Part shown: one piece after another, positions 13,731 to 26,127 of the stretch
Layout: each line of letters begins with the position of its first letter
Numbering within the stretch: position 1 is the stretch's first letter
Made by a program: the position numbers and the translations under genes
Notes under the pieces: generated by a model
Told to the model about the DNA's origin: nothing
What the model saw: only the letters and a program-made list of their open reading frames with translations
Database searches by the model: none
From: Octopus vulgaris
Taxonomy: Eukaryota
Reading direction: 5' to 3'
Assembly (NCBI GenBank): GCA_951406725.2
Contig: OX597821.1
Location: forward strand, 100,068,001 to 100,132,000
Length of the DNA: 64,000 bases

Positions 13731-13855
13731 ATATTACACGCACACGTGGTCGTACCAGTTGATCCTGTCTCCTCTCATCACCCACGAACTTCTACCGGAC
13801 TTTCTACACTTCAGCTGCACTTCTCCTGCCTATGGATTACACTAGACTCCTCTGT

Positions 13856-13912
<57 letters not shown>

Positions 13913-15456
13913 CGACAGACTCCCGTCAATGAATATCACTCGCAAAATATTGATCAAGTCGGAGCCAAACTGACCCCCAAAGCACGAAATTGCGAAGCGA
14001 GTTCTTAACCATTTTGCTTGTTGGTCATCATCATCATCATTTAACATCTTTTTTTCTTAATCTGGCATTTTTTGTCAGACAAAAATAAGTAAAGAACTAG
14101 GACAAAGGATGAACAACCTATTCTAATTGATACTTCGTTACTAATTTTTACTTGAAATTTGAAAAATGTAACTGACAACTAGGTATTATAATTTAAAATG
14201 GAGCCGGAACAAAATATCAGTACATAACAATTACTCTTTTGTTGACTTGTCCGTCTGGAAAACTGAAGTACGGTAATAATAAAATATTAGTTTAACTTTC
14301 AATATTGCATCATTCGACTGCGCAAACAGTTTGGTTTCAGGACCAGTCACTCATATCTCAAAGTGGTTTTAGAAATAAAGTAAGTTAATGGATCTTTGTC
14401 GATTTCGACGATGAATATTCGGGTGTTCCATGAATTGATATTACTGCTCAATAAATTAGCGTGTGATTGACTGGTTGAGTATTCCAAAGAGAGGCTTGTT
14501 TCTTAACGTTAATTCACAGACAGAATAATCAACGTGACAATGTGTGACAAAGCTGTGCCTTTGAATTATAGATACAATCAATACGATAGGCTTTCGCACA
14601 GTTTCCGTATACATAACTTCACTTACAAGAGTTAGGCTAATCTACAGCAGTGGTAATAAAAGCTCCCCCCACAAAAACACACTCGCCCAAGACTCTCGGA
14701 GTCGTTAAAATAACTACCAGTGGAACACCGGAATCGATGTAATCGACTTAACCCCTCCCGAAGATTGCTGGCCTTGTGCCCAAATTTAAAATCAATATTT
14801 CATATTATCTGTCTATCTTGTTCTCTTTCAAATCCTGCTGGTGTTGACTGTAACTTTCACCACTGAAGTCAAAGAAATAATTACCTTTTCTTTAATCAAA
14901 GATTTTTTCTAAATTACTTTTACATTACAACTACATCTACTGTAGTTTTGTCCCCAAATATTTTTCTCTGAAGTCTCGTGACAAATAATAAAAGATAAAA
15001 AAGATTAATTAATTCAATAAAATTGATGAATTTGACAGGCTGATTTAATCTTTTAGCCGTGTCATTCATAATAGTCATTCACAAAGCAATCTTTGATGAA
15101 ATATTTAAGTTATTTAGTATAAACCCATTCATTGTCCATTCACTCATCTGTCGAATCGATCTCAAAGTTGACTGCAAAGTCACTTCATATCACTTTTAAA
15201 CCTCTATGTTCAATAACCAGTTGTCGATTTTCTTTCGACATAAGTTGTATTACCACATTATAATAATACCGTTCCATCATTTCATAGTTATCACATTAAT
15301 AGCGATGGAGAGATCTTGGTTACGACTTGTTAAGTCAAAGATTCGACACAATATCTTTAGGTGTTCGACTTTACTGTACTAGAAATTACTGACTGGCAGA
15401 CGTATATTAACTATTCAAAAACATAAAACTCTGAACTTCATTTAAACATTATTTAG

Positions 15457-15553
15457 TCTCAAAATTTTTGTAGCACTATCTGCAACCTGATCAGTGCAAC
15501 AGTTCCACTGTGGTAGTGATCACGTCGCAGATAGTACGGCGAAAATTTTGAGA
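15457..15553. repeat. 97-bp imperfect hairpin
   Basis: tctcaaaatttt...actatctgc..tgatca..acagt-tcc-actgt..tgatca..gcagatagt...aaaattttgaga. Confidence 0.8.
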
Positions 15554-15809
15554 AAAGGCTGGAGACCAGTATATACTGGTTACAGGGTATAAAATGTATA
15601 TTTTTCATAAATTTTGATACTGATGTTTAAGTGAAGTTAATAGTTTTTGCATGTTTTTTTAATGACTAATACTTATCTTCCACACTATCATTGCTTCAGT
15701 TTCAACACAGTCTCAGATGAAATCATTTGCCGAGCAAGTACACCTCTGATATTGATTTTACTAATTAGTCAGATGAAGAGTCTCAATGATGGATTGGTTC
15801 GCCGTCCGA

Positions 15810-16020
15810 GACTGGATTGAGATCAACGCGGGTAACGTTGACCTAGAATCTTCGTTAACAGCCAACTGCATGAAAACGTATGGAGGGAAGGGATTCCAAA
15901 TGGTTGCTGCTCTAAGAAAAATGGCTGGGTAAAATGGTAAATGCTATCTGAGGAGTGAGATACATTAAGAATACCTACTAGAGGAAAGATGGAGTATCAT
16001 GTGGATATCAGTGGGGGTGT
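15810..16020 (-). mobile_element. Decayed CR1/Jockey-group LINE 3' fragment
   Basis: Minus strand ..FLRAATIWNPFPPYVF.. resembles the SFFPRT..WN.LP..VF C-terminal motif. Confidence 0.45.
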
Positions 16021-16219
16021 GTATGCAAAAAGTTATTCTGCTTATAATACTTTCTATGTCCTCTTAATCCTGCCACACTGATAAGGCAATGGCACTCACT
16101 TTTTTGAACCATGCTTTGGCAATTCTTAGATTGGATATAAAAGGTTAATGTACGATAGGAATATGTTAAATTTATATAGAATGAATATGGGTTTTCCTGT
16201 TACTAATGTCAGGTCTTGT

Positions 16220-16657
16220 GTGGAGGTACATGGCCTAGTGGTTAGAGCAGCGGACTCGCAGTCGAGAGATCGCGGGTTCGACGGACCGGCGTCCCGTCCA
16301 GGTGGGGAACCTATACGCCAAGGAAACCGGAAAACCGGCCCTTATGAGCCAGGCGTGGCTCGAGAAGGAACAAGCAATGTCAGACCTTATGAGATTTTGC
16401 TGCTTATAAATGGAGCCACGCCACCAAAAGAATTATTTAGCATTGTAATTACACTGTATACTATATATTGGTTTCAAATTGTGGCACAAGGTCAGTAATT
16501 TGATGGGGAGGGTAAATCGACATCGACATCACTGCTTATTTTATCGACCCCGAAAGAAAGTGGACGCCGGTGGAATTTGAACACACATCGTAGAGTCGGA
16601 CGAAATACCGCTAAGCATTTTGCCCGGCATGCTAACGATTCTACCGGCTCGTTGCCT
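16220..16657. mobile_element. Internally deleted family C SINE (+, 16220-16375) and family A SINE (-, 16468-16657)
   Basis: Matches other copies. Confidence 0.75.
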
Positions 16658-19120
16658 ACTGCACGCTATATATCACATTAAGTAAATCGTTAAGAATTAT
16701 ACAGTTGAGGGGATGCGTGAATGAATGTATGAATGAGAGAGAGAGAGAGGGAGAAAGAGAGGGTGGAGAAGTGAGAAGGGAGATAGAGCAACGGATTCAA
16801 TTTAACAGAGTCGGATGAGAAGATTGTGTTACAGAAGTTTAGTAATAGATTATATAATAATTATATTTCGTGTGCCATGCAAGAATATCGAAAAGGGCCT
16901 CATGCGACCCGAATGCCACAAGTTACCATTGCATTATAAAGACCGTTGACGCGATCGTTATTTGTACTAAATAGAAACTAATCTTGTTGGTAGTTATACT
17001 TGTGTGAATTATTCTGTAGTAGAAACAAAAGTGGTGTTAGACATTTGAGTAGAACCTGTTAAACAATGCCCATCGATTGGAAAGGACTCCAGCGCACAGG
17101 ACATCTTACTAAGGCGTTACTCTGTAGAAGCAGCACTTATCATGAATTGCTGCTTAAATTCCAGTAAAGTAGAGTTAAGTGGCTTCACTAAATCACCGTA
17201 CAACAGAATACGAACAGAGAAAGACGTATTCTATGGATTCTTGTTATGAACTCAAAGCACCAACTCATAAATCCTTTTATCATTGTCTCCCCACCTCTCT
17301 CTCCCTCTCTGTCCTCCTCTTTCAAAGTGCTGGTTATAAACCAAACATATAAAAGCTGGCAATATTAATATGATTGCAAGTACGTCTACTAATAGAATAG
17401 GTATCGGATTTAATAGCTAAGGGGTTTAATAGATAACGTGTATGTGTGTTTAGAAGCTAAGGGATGGGGGTGATTTTAGTTCATATTTTATATTCAGTGA
17501 ACTCGCGATCCTTGACCCGAAAACCCGACATTTTATCGACTTAGCCTTTAAATTTTGTATTCTTATGATATATGCCGGATTAAGGTAGCTGAAAGATATG
17601 CTCGGATTCTGTCTCAATAGAATAAGCACAAAATTCAATACTCAGATATTTTTATTAAGCGTCTTTCCTGACCTTTCTATTCAGCATTTCTTTCTAATAT
17701 GTCAGTCTTTTTTGCAGTTAATTTATCATTAAAAATACGAAATAGATAATATTTCGATGGTCTGTAAATATCATAGTTCTTCGTATTACATGATTAAAAT
17801 TGGAATCATTCATCATTTAGAAAAATAACTTCCATTTTCCGTGAAGAATATTTGCCGTCTCTGACTTGTAGGAAGAATAAGCTGGGGATGGTGGTGAGGG
17901 TTAGAAGAAATGGCTGACTCTCTCTCAATACTCTGTAAATAGAATTTGCTATTGCTATGGCAACAGGCAAAGGGCGAAGAAACAAAAATATGAACGAAAA
18001 TAAACAGCACCCACCACCTTTACTTTAAATACTTCAGTGTTAATATAGAATGGAGCTTGATACGGAAACATAATAATGGCAGCTTTTAATTTCCTTTCCA
18101 ATTCTTTCTCTAGAATATGGAGGGAAATGCGTCTGTAATGCTTCAATGGGGGACCTTAAGACATCCACTGCTGATACCTGTTAGCAACTACGATGACAAT
18201 AAAAGATAGAATGTCGTAAGATAATTTCCTGTACTTGGCGATGATTGAAAAATTTCTTTTGAGAGAGAGAGAGAGAAAGAGAGTGAGAGTGAGAGGGGGA
18301 AAGAGAGTGAGAGAAGAAAGAGGAGAGAGAAAGGAGAGAGAAAGAGAAAGAGAGAGATTTTAGCGCTTTCAGGCAAGCCAAAGGACATCATTTCAAAATT
18401 TCAATTAATTGTTCTGCCAAGTCTCTCACAGCACTTCGTTTATATTTTCAATTCTCGGTTGGTTCGTTAATATAGATGCACACACATATACATATTTACA
18501 AACCCACACACAGATATATGCAGATATATGAATACATACATACACGGTTTTGATGCTTGAAGACATAACTGCACTCAAGGAATCACTTGATTATTTAAGA
18601 AAAATTGCTGTCATTGTGTCCGTATTGTAAGTTATTAAAATATATAGTATAGTAAATATTTGGCATTTAAACAACTAAATTAAAATTGTTACAAATCTAC
18701 TTAATGTTTAAAAACGAAAAAAAAAAAAAAATACATGTTCAGACAAATAAAAACCTCCATTTTCTGACTTAAGTTAATTTCTAATGTTTTTGTATTTTAT
18801 TACACAAATGCAATTTCGCAAACACAATTATAAGGTCGTCCATGTTTTCTATATAGAATGCAGACATTTTTTTCTCTAATTTAATTAAAAAAGATCTGGT
18901 AGAAAATCAAATACACAATTGTGCATGATATAGGAGCAGGCATGACTGTATGGATAAAAAGTTCGCTTCACGTCAATCCGGTTTTAAATTCGGTCCCAGT
19001 ACGCGATACTTTGCTAAGAGTGTTCTATACTATTGATTCATGTAGATTATTAAGTTGTGATAGGAATTTGATAGCAGAAAATGGCGAGCAAGTTATATGT
19101 CATCATTCATTTTCTATGTC

Positions 19121-19158
<38 letters not shown>

Positions 19159-19276
19159 TATATATAATATAATATAATGTAATATATATATATATATAAT
19201 ATAATATAATATAATATAATATAATATAATATAATTTGATATATATATATATATATATATATAAATATATATATAA

Positions 19277-19577
19277 AATTAGAAAAAAATCACCTTTTAT
19301 CAATTGAAAATGAACAATTAAATTACGCCATCTAGAAAATTACATATAATAGAAATATTAAAATTAAAATAACAATAAAATATCAATGCAAAAAATTGCA
19401 AAAAAATACTAAAAATGATATAATACCAATTATATACGTTTTTATTATTTTTTTGCAATTTACTTAATCATTGGTATTTTATTGTTTTTTTAATTTTAAT
19501 ATTTCTATTATATGTAATTTTCTAGATGGTGTAATCCAATTGTTCATTTTGAATTGATAAAAGGTGTTTTTCTAATT
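19277..19577. mobile_element. 300-bp AT-rich foldback element in (TA)n
   Basis: aattagaaaaaaatcaccttttatcaattg...ccatctagaaaattac mirrored by gtaattttctagatgg...aattgataaaaggtgtttttctaatt. Confidence 0.8.
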
Positions 19578-19580
19578 ATA

Positions 19581-19642
<62 letters not shown>

Positions 19643-19779
19643 TGTGTAAAATTTGATTTAGTATTTCTAAATTGAAGTTTTTTCCCTGTACGTTTGGGTT
19701 AATATTCTCTCAGATAATTATTATATATATATATATCCTACGTGTTTTCTGCATTGAGAGCCTCTGAATCTCATCTGTT

Positions 19780-19823
<44 letters not shown>

Positions 19824-21377
19824 TGTAATTTGTAGCTATATTCATCTATGCTCCTACATTTATATTCTGAACACAAACATTTTCTTGTGAGAGTAAAAGC
19901 AACGAATGTGATGGAAGGGAGACGGCAGGTTACTTTACTGCTATAGCTTATAGCTGTATTCGCTTCGAGATACCCCCCTTAATGTACTATGTACATATTT
20001 GACAATGCTTCTACATTTACACTCTAAATGTAAACATACATACAAATTCATTCAAATTCGACATCTGCGAAATTTGAACTCAGAATGTAAAGACGGACGA
20101 AATGCTGCTAGGCGTTTTGCCCGGTGTGCTAACGATTTTGCCAGCTCACTGTCTCAGGTTTTAGTATGAATGCCTAGTGTAGTTAATCTAGAAATGTCGT
20201 TCCGAAAATCTATAATTTTTAGCTTGTTATTGTAATAATGATTCTAGTATACGAAATTATAACAAAAAACAACTGAAAATATACATATTCGGCTATAATG
20301 ACTCTATAAAGGAAACCAGTTGTTTCTCTGTGTGTCATAAAATGCGATTATAAGAAATTGAATTAGGATATGCAGTCCGACTTAGTGAAACCCTCACCAG
20401 TAACGACTACTCAAACAGATCCACAAGTTGGTGGTGGGAGGTTGTTGCCTATGTTGTGCAAAGGTGTCGCCTGAGTGGCGCAAAGGAGTAGGGAATTGCC
20501 AACAAATGGTGGATGCAGGGATACATTGTTCCAGCGCATGACCCCATACCACTATTACCACTACTACTACTAGTTAGAAGTATAATTGGAGACACTTGCC
20601 GAAGGTTCTCTGAAGTGGGACGGAACACAAGACCACGTGGTTGCGAATGGAACTTCAGAACCACGTGACCATGACCTGTTTCGTTATTGCAATACAAAAG
20701 TGATTAATGAACACCAGCCATGCCTCTGATCTGTAATTTTCCCCCTATTTTTAGAACCTTTCTTTGTTCATCAAATTTTTAAGCGACAGAGCTTGTTTTT
20801 CACTAAATTGCTTTATTCCCCACCCACACAAAAAAAACAAAACAAAAAAAAAACATGAAATTTAAAAAAAATATACTGTTCAATATATCTATAATTTTGG
20901 TATTCGATTAAAAAAGCATAACATATAAAATAACATAAAAATGATTAAAATAACAGTAACGTTGGGTCATGAATATCTAAAATCTGATTGGTATCGGTTT
21001 GTTTGAATATTTCCTCTAAATTAATAATGAACTATGGGGAATCGCCTGCATCAGCACATTTTACAGTTACCAATTTCCAATATTCACTGTTTATAGTTTA
21101 ATTGTTGTTTGACAGAAATCGAAATGCTTGTCTAAGCACAAGAACAATTATATAGAAATCACGAAACAAATCCGAGGGGAGGAGAGAGGGATGAGGTGAT
21201 AAAAGTCAGATAGCCAAACAGAGTAAAATGTTTTATAATGATCGAGTGAGTTCCGTGATGGCTCGCTTCAGAACACATGCAACGAAACTGGTTTGATGTT
21301 AAAATGTCTTTCTATTTAGGATTGTGAATTCGCACCCGCTGGTTCGAATTTTAGCAGAGCTGATGTAATGTTTTATC

Positions 21378-21785
21378 GCGCAAGAGTGGCTGTGTGGTAA
21401 GTAGCTTGCTTACCAACCGCATGGTTCCGGGTTCTGTCCCACTGCGTAGTACCTTGGGCAAGTGTCTTCTACTATACCCTCGCGCCGACCAAAGCCTTGT
21501 GAGTGGATATGGTAGACAGAAACTGAAAGAAGCCAGTCGAATATATATATGTATGTGTGTGTATGTGTGTATATCTTTGTGTGTCTGTGTTTGTACCCAA
21601 ACATCGATTGACAACCAATGCTGGTGTGTTTACGTCCCCGTAATTTAGCGGTTCGAGAAAAAGCGACCGACAGAATAAGTACCAGGTTTACAAAGAATAA
21701 GTACTGGGGTCAATTTGCTCGACTAAAAGCAGTGCTCCAGCATAGCCGCAGTCAAATGACTGAAACAAGTAAAAGAATAAAAGTG
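21378..21785 (+). mobile_element. Full-length SINE family B (tRNA head, CORE-like CCTTGGGCAAG, internal microsatellite, LINE-derived tail)
   Basis: GAGTGGCTGTGTGGTAAG...GGTTCTGTCCC...ACCTTGGGCAAGTG...GTGCTCCAGCATAGCCGCAGTCAAATGACTGAAACAAGTAAAAGAATAAAAG. Confidence 0.88.
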
Positions 21786-21805
21786 TATTTATAAATATGA
21801 TCATT

Positions 21806-23710
21806 AAAGCGGCGAGCGCATCGAGAAAAATACTTAGCGACATTTAGTCCGTCTTTACATTTGGAGTTCAAATTCCGCTGAGGTTGACTTTACCTTTCAT
21901 ACTTTCGGGGTCGATAAAATAAGTATCAGTTGAACACTGGGGTCGATGTAATCGACTTACTCCCTCTCCTAAACTTGGTGGCCTTGTGCCTAAATTTGAA
22001 ATCTTTAATATGATCGCTAGCACGATGGACAAAGTTCTTAGAGACATTTCTTCCGGTCTTTCACGCACTGAATTCAAGTTTGCCTTTCTCTCTTTCGGGT
22101 TCGATAAAATAAAGTACCAGTGAAGTATTGGGGTCAATGTAATCTACTTGTTCCTCCCTCACCCCCACTCCCCAAAATTACTGCCCTTAAACCCTGCAAC
22201 AGGCCGGCGCCCCGTTCAGGGGAAATGAAATCTCTGTCACTTAAACACCATGGAAACAGGGCTATCGGGCTTTATTAGTTTTGGGGTTCAAGAAAAATAA
22301 ATACATTGATATACACCAGTGTCATCTTAAGGTTTATTATGACAGTGTGAAAATCGTGCTACTAGTATTAAGCAAAAATAATTTTTTGTTTCTGGGTTTG
22401 TATTATAGTTGATGGCTCACTTCAGCACACATGCAACGAAACTGGCTTGATGTTAAAATGTCTTTCTATCTTAGGAATGTGAATTCGCAGCCACTGGTTC
22501 GAATTTTGGCAGAGTTGATGTAATTTTTTTTATCGCGCAGGAGTGGCTGTGTGGTAAGTAGAATTTATAGAGAGTCGAACAAAATGCGATGCTGTATTTG
22601 TTCTGGCTCTTTAACGTTTTGAGTTCAAATCTCGCCGAATCCAACCTTGTTTTTCGTAAATTTTGGAGCTCAATAAAGTAGAATACCAACCAAGATAGGT
22701 AATGGATTGGCAGAATTAATAGAAGATCGGAACAAATCCCGCATGACTTTTTACCGGTCAGAGCTCAAATCTCACCGAATCCAAATTTGTCAATTTTCTC
22801 TCTCCGAGGTCGATAGAGCAGAATGCTAGCCAAGTACTTGAGTCGATGTAATCAACTACCCCACTCCACTCAAACATTCCGAGCGTTGTTCCTAAATTAC
22901 AAACCTTTATTAGATTTCAAAACAGACCTAATTTGAAAACACATCACGTCAAGATTATATCATGAATGTTGCAAGAACGGAATTATTATAAAGGAAATTG
23001 GTTTTAGCTAATGAATATTCAATGAATTCGTACATATAACTTATCGAACACAGGGTGGTGGAACATCAATCATCTTCAGTCCTTATTTCTCTCATTCTCA
23101 CATTGTTTTACCATCTGCCGAGGATCATTACAGGCTATAATCAACTCTGGAGTGTGCAATGCTATCTCAGAATATCTGCCTCAATATTTCATGCCAGGGG
23201 ACGAGAGAAATTAGTTTTCCTTCCCATTGATCTATGATTATATTATGATGAATTTTCCCTCATTGTCGTGTATGCAGCGCACACCTAGAACACCCAGAAT
23301 ATACGCTCCTGAAACATATTCAGTCCAACACAAATATAGATCCTGTTTATAATTACTAATGATCGCAAGCTTGCGAGATGACAGAATTGCTAGTAGACAG
23401 AACGAAATGCGGCATTTCGTCTACCTTTAAGTTCTGAGTTCAAATTCCGCTAAGGTTGGTTTTATTTTTCATCCTTTCAGTGTTGATAAAATAAGTACCA
23501 GTTGAATACTAGGGTCGATGCAATCGACTATCTATCTCTCCCACCGCACAAAAAGCTTCAGGCCTTGTGAGTTCAAATTTCGCCGAAATCAATTTTGTTT
23601 CTCCTCCTTTCGGAGTCGATAAAATAAAGTACCAGTTGAGTACTGGGGCTGACACAATTGAGTAACATCCTCTCGTCAAATTTCAGGTCTTTTTTTGATA
23701 CTAGAAAGGT
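21806..23710 (+). mobile_element. Cluster of diverged family A SINE copies (21806-22200, 22590-22905, 23365-23710)
   Basis: Repeated GAGTTCAAATTCCGC.GAGGT.GACTTT...GATAAAATAAGTACCAG modules. Confidence 0.7.
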
Positions 23711-24067
23711 TTACGCGCGTGTGTACGCACACAGACACACATACATACATATATATATATATATTTCTCCCTCAGCAAATTGGTAGAGTTACTAGAGGGC
23801 TGGATAGAATACTTCGCACTAGTTGTCCCGATTATTGACATTCTGAGTGCAACTCCAGGTGTTCCTTCACAGAGCACAGCTGGATTATATACCGCAATTC
23901 ACCTATATAAGATTTATTCACAAAATATATAGTTACGTCATTTTATGATGCAACTAAATGTTTTAAGAACAAATGCCCTTCTTTATTTTTTTTTGCCTTC
24001 TCGCTGTACCCAGTGGCCAACCCAACTGTAGATTCCAACGAAATGAAACCTGGGCAATAATATAAAT

Positions 24068-24500
24068 TCTATTATTTACATTATTTACATTCGACGGATA
24101 TTTGTCCTCATCTTGTTTGCTGTTAACACAAACTTTCGGCTGATATACCCTCCAGCTTTTTTTAGGTGTCTTGGGGAAATTTCGAATCTGTGTTCTCATT
24201 CCTAAGGTATTTTTCGATGTTATTATTATTATTATCATTATTATTGTTAGTGTTCAGGTCACTGCTTGGAATCGAACTTGGAATCTTGAGGTTAGTAACC
24301 CGCGCTCTTAACCACTACGCCATATGCCCGTAGGCAATTATGGAGAGAATTTTAGGGCTTCCCCAAAACACCTGAAGAAGGTTGGAGGGTATATATGCCG
24401 AAACGTTGTGTTAACAACAAACAAGATGAGGACAAATATCCGTCGAATGTAAATAATGTACACAATTCCTCATGTCTTAGATATAGAAGTGTAATATAAA
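24068..24500. mobile_element. Composite element: tRNA-like Pol III head (-, 24258-24329) and (AAT)n between inverted HHR-bearing arms
   Basis: Arms 24071-24176 and 24360-24460 are reverse complements. A-box TGGCGTAGTGG and B-box AGTTCGATTCC lie on the minus strand. Confidence 0.75.
24367..24412 (+). ncRNA. Minimal type-I hammerhead ribozyme with intact core
   Basis: AACAC-CUGAAGA-A-GGU...GCC-GAAA-CG-UU/GUGUU: perfect 5-bp stem I and palindromic ACGU stem III (dimer type), with one extra A after CUGANGA. Confidence 0.75.
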
Positions 24501-25020
24501 TTCTCTTCACATTTTCTCTTGGGATATAAAGATATGCATATAGACTTTTAAATACTGGTTATTTGACGTGCAAATTCACATGCACTAAACATACACACGG
24601 GCACGCACGGAGTGGGGGTAGGCGATTACAATATAATATAATATAGGAAGGAAACCAAAGGAGAGAAAGAGACCAAAGATCACATACATTGCAGAAGCGT
24701 ATCTCTTAACAAATTCACTCCACGACTTGGAGATTAAACAACTTTAACTATTTAATTAAACTTTGGTTTGCTTCACACGGTTTAATTCAGCTGCTTTGCA
24801 AATGATTATTCTCGTCTAGAAACACTATTATAATTAACTTTTCTTTATCTTGCACAACTTTATTACGATGTCTAAAACGCTGTAAGAATGTATCGGGCTA
24901 CCGTAGAATCCAGACTATGGAAGATTAATTTAAACCATGATTAACATCTGCGATATGCACTCAAATACTCAACAGATATTCCACATGCTGGTTTTCTGTC
25001 GGTAGACTTTGTTATTTGCC

Positions 25021-25600
25021 TTTGAATAAAGGTTGTTCTGTCTAAAGACTAATCAATCACTCAATCAATCACTTACTCAATCAATCAATCAATCAATCGA
25101 ATGTGTTTCTAAACGATGTTTTGATATAATAATTGCTTCAAAGTTTGGCCCAATGTCAGCAATTTTAGAGGAAAGGGTAAATCGATAAAATCGATTCCAC
25201 CGTTCAACAAGTATTTATTTTATCGACCCTGAAATGACGAAAGGCAAAGTCGAATTCGTTGGAGTTTTGACTCAAAACATAAAGAACCGGAAAAGTGCTG
25301 CTCAACATTTTGAATAAAGGTTGTTCTGTCTAAAGACTAATCAATCACTCAATCAATCACTTACTCAATCAATCAATCAATCAATCGAATGTGTTTCTAA
25401 ACGATGTTTTGATATAATAATTGTTTCAAAGTTTGGCCCAAGGTCAGCAATTTTAGAGGAAAGGGTAAATCGATAAAATCGATTCCACCGTTCAACAAGT
25501 ATTTATTTTATCGACCCTGAAATGACGAAAGGCAAAGTCGAATTCGTTGGAGTTTTGACTCAAAACATAAAGAACCGGAAAAGTGCCGCTCAGCATTTTG
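25021..25600. repeat. Tandem duplication with a 288-bp period (includes (AATC)n and a family A SINE fragment)
   Basis: tttgaataaaggttgttctgtctaaagac at 25021 and 25309; units nearly identical. Confidence 0.9.
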
Positions 25601-26088
25601 TCGGGCGAACTAACGATTCTGTTGTAGGTTCTGCATGGTAAAACAATTCTCATTTTGTGACAACAACCATCATAAGTCACCAGAACTATTAGGTTTTTCA
25701 CTTCTAACAACATATCATCATAAAGAAGAGGTTTAAACAACTGTCTAATTGATACTTAGCAGTGAGAAGCCAGTGTCCATCACTGTTGTATTTGTTTTAA
25801 AAGAGGTTTGATTTTGTTGTGTGATTTTACAGATTTTAGGTTACAAGGTCGTTTATGCTTATTGTGTCTTAATGTAGAGAGAAAACATAAACGCGTGAGT
25901 TAAAAATAAAAGAAGTGAAATGATAGCGTATATCTTTGAATCCGTACGACGTTTATTATTCATTACACAGTGACAACCGAAAGCAATACCTAAGCTTGTT
26001 GTATTCCTCCTACACAGAAACATCTTGTAATTTTGACACTTTTACTGTGTAAGTGGTATTATGAGGAAGCCATGCAACGCTTTTACTG

Positions 26089-26127
<39 letters not shown>

